This document shows positions 13,478 to 26,730 of a stretch of 64,000 bases of DNA, one piece after another. This DNA is from Octopus sinensis (taxonomy: Eukaryota): contig NC_043002.1 in NCBI RefSeq assembly GCF_006345805.1, positions 100,316,001 to 100,380,000 on the forward strand, written 5' to 3'. The translations under genes and the position numbers were made by a program. The notes beneath the pieces were generated by a model. That model was not told the DNA's origin. It did not search any database and worked only from the letters and a program-made list of their open reading frames with translations. Every line of letters starts with the position of its first letter. Position 1 is the first letter of the stretch.

Positions 13478-14166
13478 ACATTATTGGTGAATTGAAGAAA
13501 TGGAGCTGAACGCAGATTGAACAGGAATCGTTTTATTTCATTCTACACGTGTTTCGAAAGGCACAAATTACCAAAATCCGATTGAATAATGGGACCATAT
13601 TGGTCTTTCTCTTCAGGAAGAGAAAAAAGGAAATCCGTTGGAAAAACAAAAACAGAACAGAGGCGGAGCAAAAAACAAATCGAACTGTGCTCCTAAGAGC
13701 CCATGGCGAAACTGTTTATCAGTGTATGTGAGAACCGGTGGCTGAAGATTCAACGGGTCAGTCATCGGTCAATATGTGGGTGAGGGTGTATAGATGTTCT
13801 TTGTGACCGAGAATAAAGATCTGACTATTTAAAGAATATTGGATGTTTTATAAGTGGCGAGAAAAAATCTACTTAGAGACGTGTGTGTGTTATACTGTTC
13901 TATATGTGTGTGTTGGCGTAGGGGTAGAAAACATTTTTGTGTACGTGTGTGCGTTTGATCGTTCGGCTGTCAGTGGCTACTGCCGTGATAACGTTGGGTG
14001 GCAGAAAGAAAAAATAAAAAAATTTGTATATATTATGTTTATGTGTGTGTGTGTTCATCTAAGCCTACCTTGTCAAGGAAAAACCCCCCGTGTGAAAAAA
14101 CCAAGCCCCGTCTGTCTTACATGAGTAATTCCCCTTGCAGTGGTCAATCGTAGATATCTTAAAGGC
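13477..14166 (-). mobile_element. PLE family 1, copy A: inverted terminal copy, no tail
   Basis: Reverse complement of 14590-15293. Shares diagnostic substitutions with copy B. Joined to B by a GGC microhomology at 14164-66 and abuts (TA)n on the left. Confidence 0.85.
13541..13619 (-). ncRNA. Minimal type-I hammerhead ribozyme, intact core (PLE family 1)
   Basis: Minus strand: TTC-CTGAAGA-GAAAG...CTTTC-GAAA-CACGTG-TA-GAA. Helix I is TTC/GAA, helix II is long, helix III is the palindrome ACACGTGT, and the cleavage triplet is GUA. Confidence 0.8.
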
Positions 14167-15441
14167 GAACTCCAAGATCAAAAACGCCGCGTCTACCAAT
14201 GCAAGGTTTACACGGACTCAGATGCCTTCACTTATGTAGGGGCATCATCCTCAAGATTGTCTTTGCGTGTCTCCAACCATTACGCAACTTTTCGGGACGT
14301 GAACAAGCGCCAGACACGGGACTCAGTAAGCTAATATGGCGACTGAAGGATGCGAACTTAAGCTATAGGCTGGAATGGTCAATTTTGTCGGTGGCCCTCC
14401 CATTTGATAGGGGCAGAAGACAGTGCAACCTTTGTGTCTCCGAACTCTTCCATATTTTGTTTGCCAGAGGCCGGATGGTAAACGGGCTCTTACAGTCGGC
14501 TTTTCGATGCCCCCATTGGCGACGTTACACTTATCTGGCCTTTAAATAGCGTTTATAAATAATACGGCACCCATAGCCCTTGGTAACAAATTCTGAAATA
14601 GCCTTAAGATATCTACGATTGACCACTGCAAGGGGAATTACTCATGTAGACAAACGGGGCTTGGTTTTTCACAGCGGGGGGTTTTCCTTGACAAGGTAGG
14701 CTTAGATGAACACACACACAATAAAACATAATATAATATATAATTTTTTATTTTTTTCTTTCTGCCACCCAACGGTTATCACGGCAGTAGCCACTGACAG
14801 CCGAACGATCAAACGCACACACGTACACAAAAAATGTTTTCTACCCCTACGCCAACACACACATATATAGAACAGTATACACACACACACGTCTCTAAGT
14901 AGATTTTTTCTCGCCACTTATAAAACATCCAATATTCTTAAATAGTCAGATCTTTATTCTCGGTCACAAGAACATCTATACACCCTCACACACATGATTG
15001 ACCGATGACTGACCCGTTGAATTCTTCAGCCACCGGTTCTCAACATACACTGATAAACAGTTTCGCCATGGGCTCCTAGGAGCACAGTTCGATTGTTTTT
15101 TGCTCCGCCTCTGTTCTGTTTTTGTTTTTCCAACGGATTTCCTTTTTTCTTCCTGAGAGAAAGACACAATATGGTCCCATTATTCAATCGGATTTTGGTA
15201 ATTTGTGCCTTTCGAAACACGTGTAGAATGAAATAAAACGATTCCTGTTCAATCTGCGTTCAGCTCCATTTCTTCAATTCACCAATAATGTTTTAATTTC
15301 AATATCCGCACCAACGCACGGTTGCAACGCCAGATGGTTGTACCTCCAACGTGCTGTTTACTGCTGTGATTTTTGCTACTAAGGTATCGGTTAAACTGTT
15401 GATTAATCTACTACAAGATTATTCATCTTTCTATTTCACAT
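14164..15441 (+). mobile_element. PLE family 1, copy B: 5'-truncated body with GIY-YIG endonuclease, 3' UTR, HHR and ~150 bp tail
   Basis: Frameshifted VYQCKV..TYVGASS..LRVSNHY..LSKLIWRLK..W..CNLCVSE..N..CPH, stop at 14547-49. This is a GIY-YIG domain with PLE-type Cys/His residues. Ends in (TA)n. Confidence 0.9.
15150..15228 (+). ncRNA. Hammerhead copy in B (core has a 1-nt deletion)
   Basis: TTC-CTGA-GA-GAAAGACACAA...TTGTGCCTTTC-GAAACACGTGTA-GAA. Confidence 0.55.
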
Positions 15442-15954
<513 letters not shown>

Positions 15955-17901
15955 ATGTGAAATAGAAAGATGAATAATCTTGTAGTAGATTAATCAAAAG
16001 TTTAACCGATACCTTAGTAGCAAAAATCACAGCAGTGAACAGCACGGTTGGAGGTACAACCATCTGGCGTTTGCAACCGTGCGTTGGTGCGGATAATTGA
16101 ATTTAAAACATTATTGGTGAATTGAAGAAATGGAGCTGAACGCAGATTGAACAGAAATCGTTTTATTTCATTCTACACGTGTTTCGAAAGGCACAAATTA
16201 CCAAAATCCGATTGAATAATGGGACCATATTGTGTCTTTCTTCAGAAGAAAAAGGAAATCCGTTGGAAAAACAAAAACAGAACAGAGGCAGAGCAAAAAA
16301 CAAATCGAACTGTGCTCTAAGAGCCCATGGCGAAACTGTTTATCAGTGTATGTTGAGAACCGGTGGCTGAAGAATTCAACAGGTCAGGCATCGGTCAACC
16401 AAGGGTGAGGGTGTATAGATGTTCTTTGTGACCGATAATAAAGTTCTGACTATTAAAGAATATTGGATGTTTTATAAGGGGCGAGAAAAAATCTACTTAG
16501 AGACGTGTGTGTGTGTATACTGTTCTATATATGTGTGTGTTGGCGTAGGGGTAGAAAACATTTTTTGTGTACGTGTGTGCGTTTGATCGTTCGGCTGTCA
16601 GTGGCTACTGCCGTGATAACCGTTGGGTGGCAGAAAGAAAAAAAAAATAAATAATAAATAAAGAAAATATATATATTTATTATGTTTATGTGTGTGTGTG
16701 TGTGTTCATCCAAGCCTGCCTTGACAAGGAAACCCCCCGCTGTGAAAGAACAAGCCCCGTTGTCTTACAGGAGTAATTTCCCTTGCAGTGGTTAATTGTA
16801 GATATCTTAAAATCTATTTCAGAATTTGTTACCAAGGGCTATGGGTGCCGGTCTTGTTTATAAACGCTATTTAAAGGCCAGATAAGTGTAACGCCGCCAA
16901 TGGGGGCATCGAAAAGCCGACTGTAAGAGCCCGTTTACCATCCGGCCTCTGGCAAACAAAATATGGAAGAGTTCGGAGACACAAAGGTTGCACTGTCTTC
17001 TGCCCCTATCAAAGGGAGGGCCACCGACAAAATTGACCATTCCAGCCTATAGCTTAAGTTCGCATCCTCAGTCGCCATATTAGCTTACTGAGTCCCGTGG
17101 TCTGGCGCTTGTTCACGTCCCGAAAAGTTGCGTAATGGTTGGAGACACGCAAAGACAATCTTGAGGATGATGCCCCTATATAAGTGAAGGCATCTGAGTC
17201 CGTGTAAACCTTGCATTGGTAGACGGCGTTTTTGATCTTGGAGTTCGCCGACGTGAATCTTACTCTGCTAGGATTGGTTTCTGAAATTAGAACTGCGTTC
17301 CTGTCACTATATTCGTTCCGAGACCTGCAGCCGCTTACTACTCTATTTTCCACTACGTCACTATTAACTATAGGAATAACCCTGATTCTCCACTATCTAT
17401 CAGAGAGCTGTCATTGCTACTGCCCGTGGTACTGCTATTGCGGGAAATGATGCTGGGGATGCTAAAGGGGCTCTCTACCCTACTCCCATTGTTACCATCA
17501 ACCACAACACCCCTATTTATAACTATACCCCTCGTGGGTACTCCCTGGCTGGAGCTGAGATTATGTGCCACTGTACTGGCTCTCATATCATTATTACTAC
17601 TATAATTATTCCTACTGAGCATTAAACCGGGAGCGGAAGAGGCTGTGCCTCCGGAAAAAGGTGATAGGGTCTTAGTAAGTAGCCTATTATTATGGGAGGC
17701 GATTATCTGGGCGAGGGTTTTAGTGTTGGAGAAAGCTATCCTAACTTTATGTGAGTTAACCGTGGAGTAATATTTGGAATTCTGGGGAAGTTATTGGCGA
17801 TGGCTTGTCTAAACATGAGGGGGAGGTTAGTTCTAATCTGCTTACCAAAGGGGATTACAAACCATATATGCTTATTCCTATCAGTGTGATGGCGTCCCGA
17901 C
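15955..17901 (-). mobile_element. PLE family 1, copy C: 5'-truncated body (RT C-terminus, linker, GIY-YIG, 3' UTR, tail)
   Basis: Minus-strand ORF pieces RNKHIWFVIP.GKQIRTNLPLMFRQAIANNFP, the linker, and AVYQCKV..YIG. Carries the same ~150 bp tail as B. Confidence 0.9.
16171..16248 (-). ncRNA. Hammerhead copy in C (indel at the core/helix II junction)
   Basis: Minus strand: CTGAAGAAAGACACAA...TTGTGCCTTTCGAAACACGTGTAGAA. Confidence 0.5.
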
Positions 17902-19703
17902 CCATCACACTGATAGGAATAAGCATATATGGTTTGTAATCCCCTTGGTAAGCAGATTAGAACTAACCTCCCCCTCATGTTTAGACAAGCCATCGCCAAT
18001 AACTTCCCCAGAAATTCCAAATATTACTCCACGGTTAACTCACATAAAGTTAGGATAGCTTTCTCCAACACTAAAAACCTCGCCCAGATAATCGCCTCCC
18101 ATAATAATAGGCTACTTACTAAGACCCTATCACCTTTTTCCGGAGGCACAGCCTCTTCCGCTCCCGGTGTTTAATGCTCAGTAGGAATAATTATAGTAGT
18201 AATAATGATATGAGAGCCAGTACAGTGGCACATAATCTCAGCTCCAGCCAGGGAGTACCCACGAGGGGTATAGTTATAAATAGGGTGTTGTGGTTGATGG
18301 TAACATGGGAGTAGGGTAGAGAGCCCCTTTAGCATCCCCAGCATCATTTCCCGCAATAGCAGTACCACGGGCAGTAGCAATGACAGCACTCTGATAGATA
18401 GTGGAGAATCAGGGGTTATTCCTATAGTTAATAGTGACGTAGTGGAAAATAGAGTAGTAAGCGGCTGCAGGTCTCGGAACGAATATAGTGACAGGAACGC
18501 AGTTCTAATTTCAGAAACCAATCCTAGCAGAGTAAGATTCACGTCGGCGAACTCCAAGATCAAAAACGCCGTCTACCAATGCAAGGTTTACACGGACTCA
18601 GATGCCTTCACTTATATAGGGGCATCATCCTCAAGATTGTCTTTGCGTGTCTCCAACCATTACGCAACTTTTCGGGACGTGAACAAGCGCCAGACCACGG
18701 GACTCAGTAAGCTAATATGGCGACTGAAGGATGCGAACTTAAGCTATAGGCTGGAATGGTCAATTTTGTCGGTGGCCCTCCCATTTGATAGGGGCAGAGG
18801 GGCAGAAGACAGTGCAACCTTTGTGTCTCCGAACTCTTCCATATTTTGTTTGCCAGAGGCCGGATGGTAAACGGGCTCTTACAGTCGGCTTTCGATGCCC
18901 CCATTGGCGGCGCGTTACACTTATCTGGCCTTTAAATAGCGTTTATAAACAAGACCGGCACCCATAGCCCTGGTAACAAATTCTGAAATAGATTTTAAGA
19001 TATCTACAATTAACCACTGCAAGGGAATTACTCCTGTAAGACAAACGGGGCTTGTTCTTTCACAGCGGGGGGTTTCCTTGTCAAGGCAGGCTTGGATGAA
19101 CACACACACACACACATAAAACATAATATTAATATATATTTCTTTATTTATTATTTATTTTTTTTTTTCTTTCTGCCACCCAACGGTTATCACGGCAGTA
19201 GCCACTGACAGCCGAACGATCAAACGCACACACGTACACAAAAAATGTTTCTACCCCTACGCCAACACACACATATATAGAACAGTATACACACACCACG
19301 TCTTAAGTAGATTTTTTCTCGCCCCTTATAAAACATCCAATATTCTTTAAATAGTCAGAACTTTATTATCGGTCACAAAGAACATCTATACACCCTCACC
19401 CACTTGGTTGACCGATGCCTGACCTGTTGAATTCTTCAGCCACCGGTTCTCAACATACACTGATAAACAGTTTCGCCATGGCTCTTAGGAGCACAGTTCG
19501 ATTTGTTTTTTGCTCTGCCTCTGTTCTGTTTTGTTTTTCCAACGGATTTCTTTTTTCTTCCGAGAGAAAGAAAGACACAATATGGTCCCATTATTCAATC
19601 GGATTTTGGTAATTTGTGCCTTTCGAAACACGTGTAGAATGAAATAAAACGATTTCTGTTCAATCTGCGTTCAGCTCCATTTCTCAATTCACCAATAATG
19701 TTT
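17902..19703 (+). mobile_element. PLE family 1, copy D: inverted copy of C, no tail
   Basis: Near-perfect reverse complement of 16107-17892. ORFs IPLGKQIRTNLPLMFRQAIANNFPRNSKYYSTVNSHKVRIAFSNTKNLAQIIASHNNRLL (PLE RT C-terminal region, cf. IWFNPP..V.TN.G..F..HFP..K.SYS..N...II..HN) and GIY-YIG ending at 18939. Confidence 0.9.
19558..19639 (+). ncRNA. Hammerhead copy in D (garbled 5' core)
   Basis: 3' half TTGTGCCTTTCGAAACACGTGTAGAA is intact. 5' core reads CCGAGAGAAAGAAAG. Confidence 0.45.
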
Positions 19704-19752
19704 ATATTATATATATATATATATATATACATACATAACATATCTTTCTCTA

Positions 19753-19795
<43 letters not shown>

Positions 19796-19854
19796 CATAC
19801 ATATCTTTCTCTAATACATATATATATATATATTATATATATATTATATTATAT

Positions 19855-19887
<33 letters not shown>

Positions 19888-20040
19888 GATGAGCCTATCT
19901 CAGTTTCCATATGCCAAATCCACTCGAAATATTTTGGTCGGCCTTGGGCTATAGTAGAAGATACTTGACCAAGGTACCACGCAGTGGTAATGAGCCCGGA
20001 TTCATGCGATTGCAAAGCATGTTTCTTACTACATAGCCAC
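19888..20040 (-). mobile_element. SINE family A, 5' half
   Basis: cagtttcc...ggctatagtagaagatacttg.ccaagg.accacgcagtgg. Confidence 0.7.
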
Positions 20041-20585
20041 AAGTTATTTCGTAATCTCCATTGTTACATCATTTCACAAACGTCTTTCCTACTTATATGT
20101 ATACGTATATATGCTGCCATATAAGAATACAAGAACCTTTCTTTATAGACGTTCCCTATATATATACATACATAAATACATTCATACATATATACAAACG
20201 TATATACGTAGGTGCGTACGTACGTACATGCATACATACATACATACATACATTATGCATATTTTAAGCATCCATCTACGTCTGTGTTCCATCACAAATT
20301 AATGTTTAATGAATATTTCTATGGAGTAAAGTCTATTGACTTCTTCATTGTGTAAATGCATTTCTGAAATAGTTTGTTACTGAATTAAAAGTTCCATACA
20401 GCTAGGTTATATAAATAGATGCATAAACATTTGCCATTTCTTCAATAAGTAAATGATATATGAAGAAATTAATCATTGTCCTTATACTTAAATGAAATAT
20501 ATACCCGTATGTATATCTGCGCAAGCGTGAGTATGTATGTACGTGTATTTCAATATTTACGTGTGTGTGTGTGTGTGTTTCTGTG

Positions 20586-20631
<46 letters not shown>

Positions 20632-20805
20632 GTGTAAAACTAAAATATTCGAAAATAAATATCCTCTTCATTTGTATAGTTATTTAGAGTTATAATGCAA
20701 TATAATGAAGTTTGAAAGGAAATGAGAGTTCATAGATCCATAATGCAACAGCAATGTTAATAGTTGTGGTTCATTAGTATTATTATTAGTATTCTCATCA
20801 GCATT

Positions 20806-20860
<55 letters not shown>

Positions 20861-20916
20861 TTATTATCCTCATCATCATCATCATCATCATCATTATTAT
20901 TATTATTATTATTATT

Positions 20917-21466
20917 GAGCGAGCAGAGCATGCCATCAAAGTGACACTGGGGTACAATATACGAAGCCCAGTATACCCATCATGACTACCCGTCTGATAA
21001 GGGTACACCAGGCACATGCATCACAACCATACGTGCGCGACATGGTGATCTCATATAAAGATAAATAGCACATGACCTTGCAGGTGGAGCCCAGTTAGAA
21101 TTTTCTTCAGATCGAGTAACCCATCCCGCTCAAAAGGTCCCTGAATAAGGGTTGTTTAAGGACGTTGAACGAAACACCCATGTTTCCAGAGGTGAATTAT
21201 TCAAACCCCAAAGAATCCTTCTCAACACATGGCTATGATGCTCCCCCACTACTTCTGCTCGTGATCAGAGATGCACATATCGTCAGCCACTAAGGGACAT
21301 GCTCAACTGGTTAAGGTCAAACGACTGACAAGCAAATCTGTGGTATTGAGCAGAATATTTGCTGTAGCCCATCTTTTATACCAAGACAAAACAATGTACA
21401 TGATAACACTTCCAATCAGTTAAGATCAGAAGCCATGAGAGCCACTGCCTGGTACTGCATCAGGGC
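20917..21466 (-). mobile_element. 550 bp retroelement-like fragment embedded in (ATT)n
   Basis: GC-richer non-coding block with sharp ends and (TTA)n on both sides. Strand is inferred from the (AAT)n tail. Confidence 0.55.
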
Positions 21467-23899
21467 TATTATTATTATTATTATTATTATTATCATCATC
21501 ATTCTCATTATCATTATTTTGATTATTGTTAATGCTTTTATTATTGTTGTTGTTGTTGTCCAATAGTTTTCAATTTATTGCATGCTTCCACGAAAATCTG
21601 AGCCCAACTTACTGTGATTTATGTTCAAATATTCTTTCTCTTTATTTTTTGTTTTCCCATAGTTTTTAAATTACTCATATGCATATATGTAGTGCTTTTT
21701 ATTGTTTTCTTTCATGGTGTTTTTATAAATCTTTAAGTTCTATTAGTTTAGCGATACGTTTATCTGTGTTTCTATTGACCATTTCAATGGAACATATTAA
21801 GACGGAGTTTTTATTTCACATATTTGGATTATCCTTACTTTCATTTCTTTCTTAGATAAATACTCATATTCCTTAGAATTAATAGTATCGATTTGTATTT
21901 TTCCTAAGGATATTTTAGAATTACACATGAGGTGTTTATTTTAATCATCTTTTCTATATGTATCGTGTACAGTGATGACTTTGTTAACGTATACATGTTT
22001 TCTGGTGTACGTTTGGGATCACCGTTGAAATGCATTAGCAAATGGTCACAGTTCTCTTCCATCCATGGTTGCATTCATAAGGAATTTTGGTCTGTGATCA
22101 ACGGTTAGCTCCGACTACCGTGTGATTTACATCCCCAGGTCGTATTTGAAATCAGAACGCATAGATCCATAGCAAATGCCCACGATGCATCCCAATTAAT
22201 CCTGTAATAATTCCACTAACTTACCCTGCTATTACCATAGTTTTCAACCCCCAATAGAAGAAATGAAAAATGACCCTCGGTGGGATTTGAACTTAGAGAA
22301 CAAAAAGCTAGGCATTCTATTGACCCTCTTAAGATTCTCTCAGTTTACCCCCACAAGTACCATCACATTTCTCTTATTACTACGTACTTCTAGTATAGAT
22401 TCCAGGAGATGAAATTTCCAATATATGTACGTAATTACTTTCTTTTTGCCGTAACCAGAAACTATGTGATTATTTGTCTGTCAATCTCTATATACATATA
22501 TTCAGGTGGTTCAGTTTTATGTCACATATATATTCATGTTGTTCAATTATATGTCACCAACAAAACTTCCTCGGCCGATTCTCACCCAATCTCTTTCTAA
22601 CTACTTTTTCTTTACCCGATTTTATTCTGGTAATAACCTTTTAGATATCTTTATAATCAACATTTTAGCATAACACCTTCCAGTCACATTAAAACACTGT
22701 TTTAGCTATTAATTCTTTCTTATATACTTTTGAGTTTGACATGCTATCCACATCAATTCGATAACTTCTGTCAACCGCTACTGCTGACGCATTAAATAGG
22801 CTAGTATAGACTCGCTTAGGCAATTAATTTAGTAGGACTGAACTCGGCTCCACCACCAATACTTTCTTTATTCAGCTGCGAATTCAATGAGGCCAGAGCA
22901 TGTCAGTCACGGATTATGCACTGAATGACATTTCGTGTGAAGAAGTTCATGAATATAAAAATTAGTTTGTTGAAATATTCATTGTTGAAACAATAAAAAC
23001 TCAAACGTCGAAAGTAAAGAATTAAATACACTCAATAACCTCACTATTTGATCTCGTCTCTCTGATTTTTTTTTTTTTTTGTTTTACTAAACTCAAGGAT
23101 ATTTATCAACGTACATCATTATAGATTTTAATATTGACAGAAATTGATTATTTATTAAACTTAAAATTTACTATGTTTACATCATTATGCATTTCCGCGG
23201 GATTTTTTTTACTTTTCTGAAGACTCGCTGAAATGAAAAGCCAAGATAGCGAAGTGACAAATAAGTACTTCAAGGTCCTAAGTATTTCTACCTTGCAAGT
23301 TTGAGTTCAAAACCTACAAATGTCAGATCTGGTTTTCCTTACCATAACAGGGATATCGTAAATACCGGTGCGAGTTGTTATCAGGGCAAGCGGTTCTATA
23401 TTTTAGCACAACGTACACATTTAATCCTCTTCTCACAAGAAGAGCATTTTAAAATATTATTAGGGAAGAAAGGCTGTGCCCATGGCCCTCGCGGAGTCAC
23501 TGGGAATACTGTAACTAAGAATAGGAGGTGTCTTAACATCCGAGACCTGGTAGGATTATAGCGACAGAGAGGTGTATGCTAAAAGTACCCATGTGTCCGC
23601 TGTTGATCTTAAAGCGAACGACGTATTAACTCTATCGACTATACTGGACAAGATGGGTTTGAAGATAGAGCACAAAAAGGCCAAAATAAATACTACATGA
23701 CACCGATCTAGGCTTCTTACAATCCTTATAATTCACCCGCTTTGATTCGTACCTTTCTTTTTTACCGTTCCCTGAAAGAAAAAAAATGCAAGTTGTTGTC
23801 AGTGGAATATGATCTAAGATCGTAAAGTGTCAATTCAAATTCCGCCGCTTCAATTGCTTTTGTTTTTAAAACTTGGTAATGGTCATCATATTGCTATTG

Positions 23900-24290
23900 A
23901 TTTTAAATTTTGGCACTAAGCCAACAACTTTGAGAAAGGAAATAAATCGACTACATCCCCTTCCCCACTGTCCAACTGGTATTTATTTCATTAAACCCGA
24001 AAGGATGAAAAGCGAAGTGAACCTCGGTGGAATTTAAAGTAACAGTGTAAAGACAGACGAAATGCCATTAAGCAATTTGCCTGGCATACTAATGATTCTC
24101 TGTGCTCCCGCCTTTACTGTATTGCTAATATTCCATGTCAAGTCGGTTAGCTGGTAGAAGCGTTAGCATGCCGGTCAAAATGCTTAATGATATTTCATCC
24201 GTCTTTACGTTCTAAGTTCAAATTCTGCCGAGGTCGACTTTGCTTTTCATTTCTTTCGGGACCGAAACTGCGACCTTGTGCTTTCATAAA
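23900..24290. mobile_element. Two head-to-head SINE family B copies (23900-24112 minus, 24140-24290 plus)
   Basis: Both match the family B core in opposite orientations. Confidence 0.7.
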
Positions 24291-25597
24291 CAACAATCCC
24301 TGGTGCATAAACCTCTTGTTATCTGGGTAGTTCGGAGTTTTAAAAATAGGCACAAAGTAATTAAAATAATTCGTAATTAAACTTAAAGAATAACTTCCTT
24401 TGACAAGAAAACCACTTAGTTTTGCTAAGAAGTGTACTTTGCCGTTTAAATCGACATATTTTAGTAAGAAGATTTTGATTGAAACTGCGGCCTTGTGCTA
24501 AAATTTTAAGTCAATGTCAATTCTATTTTATTTTTGGAAGAATACCTTACCTCTCATGGTCCGTTTATATAGGCTATACCTAGCTTTCATGGTTAATTTT
24601 GCCGTAGATAATTAGCAATCAGTACAATGTTACAGAATTTTAGAAAATGTAAGAGAATTAATTTTGTAGCCAGTCATATAATATTTTTTAGAAGCAATCT
24701 ACATTATTTTTGTTTCCTTATTTACAAAGGCAGTGACATAGATAAGCACCAGGCAAACGGTGATATTGACGTATTTTCTTTTACCAATTAGTCAGGTAAT
24801 GAAGGGTTGTACCAATCACCTTTTATATTTTTCATGGCGTCCTAGACTCCTAATGTCAGAAATGAATTTAACATCAAGGAGCAGACGTGGCTTTGTTGTT
24901 CCAAAAGCAGCATGAGCTTTCTTACAGGCACCTATATGCTAGATGGAAGTATTAAACAACGCGGATTAAGTGCACCACTGGAAAAACCAAAAACCGAAGA
25001 GGTATAATAAATAATACAAGGTATCTCGTTCGAGAAGAATCCCACCGATCCGCTAATCTGGACTACTGCTTTCTCTTATCGTTTGCAAAAGGTGTACAAG
25101 TAGGCTTCGTCAACACTTGAACTCAGTACGCAGTGAGCTGAAAGAAATATTGCAAAATATTTTGTCCTACACGCTTATGGCTCTTCTATCATTGAACTCT
25201 ACCGTTTTCTTTTCCGCATAAGATGCATTTTAGAGAGCTTTGAACATTATATTGCATCGTTTTCTTATCGCCCAATTGTGACTATTGAAAAAGCTAAACC
25301 ACGATAAATATTTTCTCTTTCCATGATATTTAAATTTACCTGTCAACTCTCCGAGTCGATCAAACTCTTCTTACTAAAATATGTCGATTTAAACGGCAGC
25401 ATACACTTCTTGGCAAAACTAAATGATTGTCTTGTCAAAGGAAATTATTCTTTAAGTTTAATTACGAGTTATTTTAATTACTTTGTGCCTATATTAAATT
25501 ATTTAGATAACAAGGGATTTGTGTACCAGGGATTGTTGCTTTTGAGAGTAGAAAACGCTGAAATAATAAGAAAAATATCTATTTCAACTTTTCTCAC

Positions 25598-26730
25598 AAG
25601 TCCAGCAATTCCTGGGAGGGGACAAGTAGTACATCGACCCCAGTACTTAACTGGTACTCATTTTATCGGCCACATAAGGATGAAAAGCAAAGTAGACTTC
25701 ACACGAATTTAAACTCAAAGCGTAAAGACGGACGAAATGCTGCTAAACATTTCGCCCTCGTGTTAACGATTCTGCCACCTGGCCACCTTTAATAAGGAAA
25801 ATATTATTAACCAAATTGACAGACAGGAAATGACATCGTAAAATTGAGCCTTAAAGAAAACACTTCTGTCGTAACTCTCATTGTTCATCAGAATGATAAA
25901 CTCAGTTCAAGAGTAACACAGGTCATGAATGACATTATCGAGTCACCCCTTCCTATTATAAAATGTATCCCTAAAAAAATTATCCAGATACTTGCGTGGT
26001 GATATTAGAAATAGTAATGCTTCAAATTTTCCCCTTAGTCTGTAGATATATATATACTAATAATGATTTCAAATTTTGACACAAGACCAATCATTTTGAG
26101 GAACAGATATAGTCGATTACATGAACCTCATGTTCAACTGTTACTTGTTTTATTAACCCCCGAAAGAATGAAAGGCAAAGTCGACCTCGGCAAAATTTGA
26201 ACTGAGAACGACACTATGCATTTCATTCCGGCGTGCTAACGATTCTGCCAACTCACCGACTTATACTGGTTTCAAATTTTGGCACAAGACCATCAACTTT
26301 AAAGGCGGAGTAATTAGATTACATAGACTCCAGTAATCAACTGGTAGGTATTTCATCGACCCCAAAAGGCTGAAAGACAAAGTTCACCACGGTAAGATTT
26401 GAGCTCAGAACGTAAAAAAACGGACGAAATGCAGCTAGGCATTTACTCCGGCGTACAAACGACTTTGCCAGTTCACCGCCTTAATAAGAAAGGCCAGCAT
26501 TTCCGAGGGATGGGTTTAGTTGATTATATATTAAAAAATGTAATCAACTAACGGTTGTTTTAACTACTGTAATCAACTAACCATTGTTTTAACCCTTGTT
26601 AAAAATAAACCGCTTATTTATTGAACCCGAAATAATGAAATACTAATTCAGTCACGGCGGAATTTGAACGCAGAGCATAAAGATAGACGGATTGTAGCTA
26701 AGCGTTTTGTCTGGCGTGCGAAAGATTGTG
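25598..26730 (-). mobile_element. Cluster of four SINE family B copies (~25598-25790, 26060-26255, 26270-26480, 26483-26730)
   Basis: Repeated tttcaaattttggcacaag tail, gaaaggatgaaaggcaaagt core and gcgtgctaacgattctgcca head. Confidence 0.8.

Noticed and set aside
24770-24801. cag|gtaatg as a recursive splice site in the giant intron
   Set aside because: Short pyrimidine tract with a competing upstream AG; expected by chance in 39 kb.
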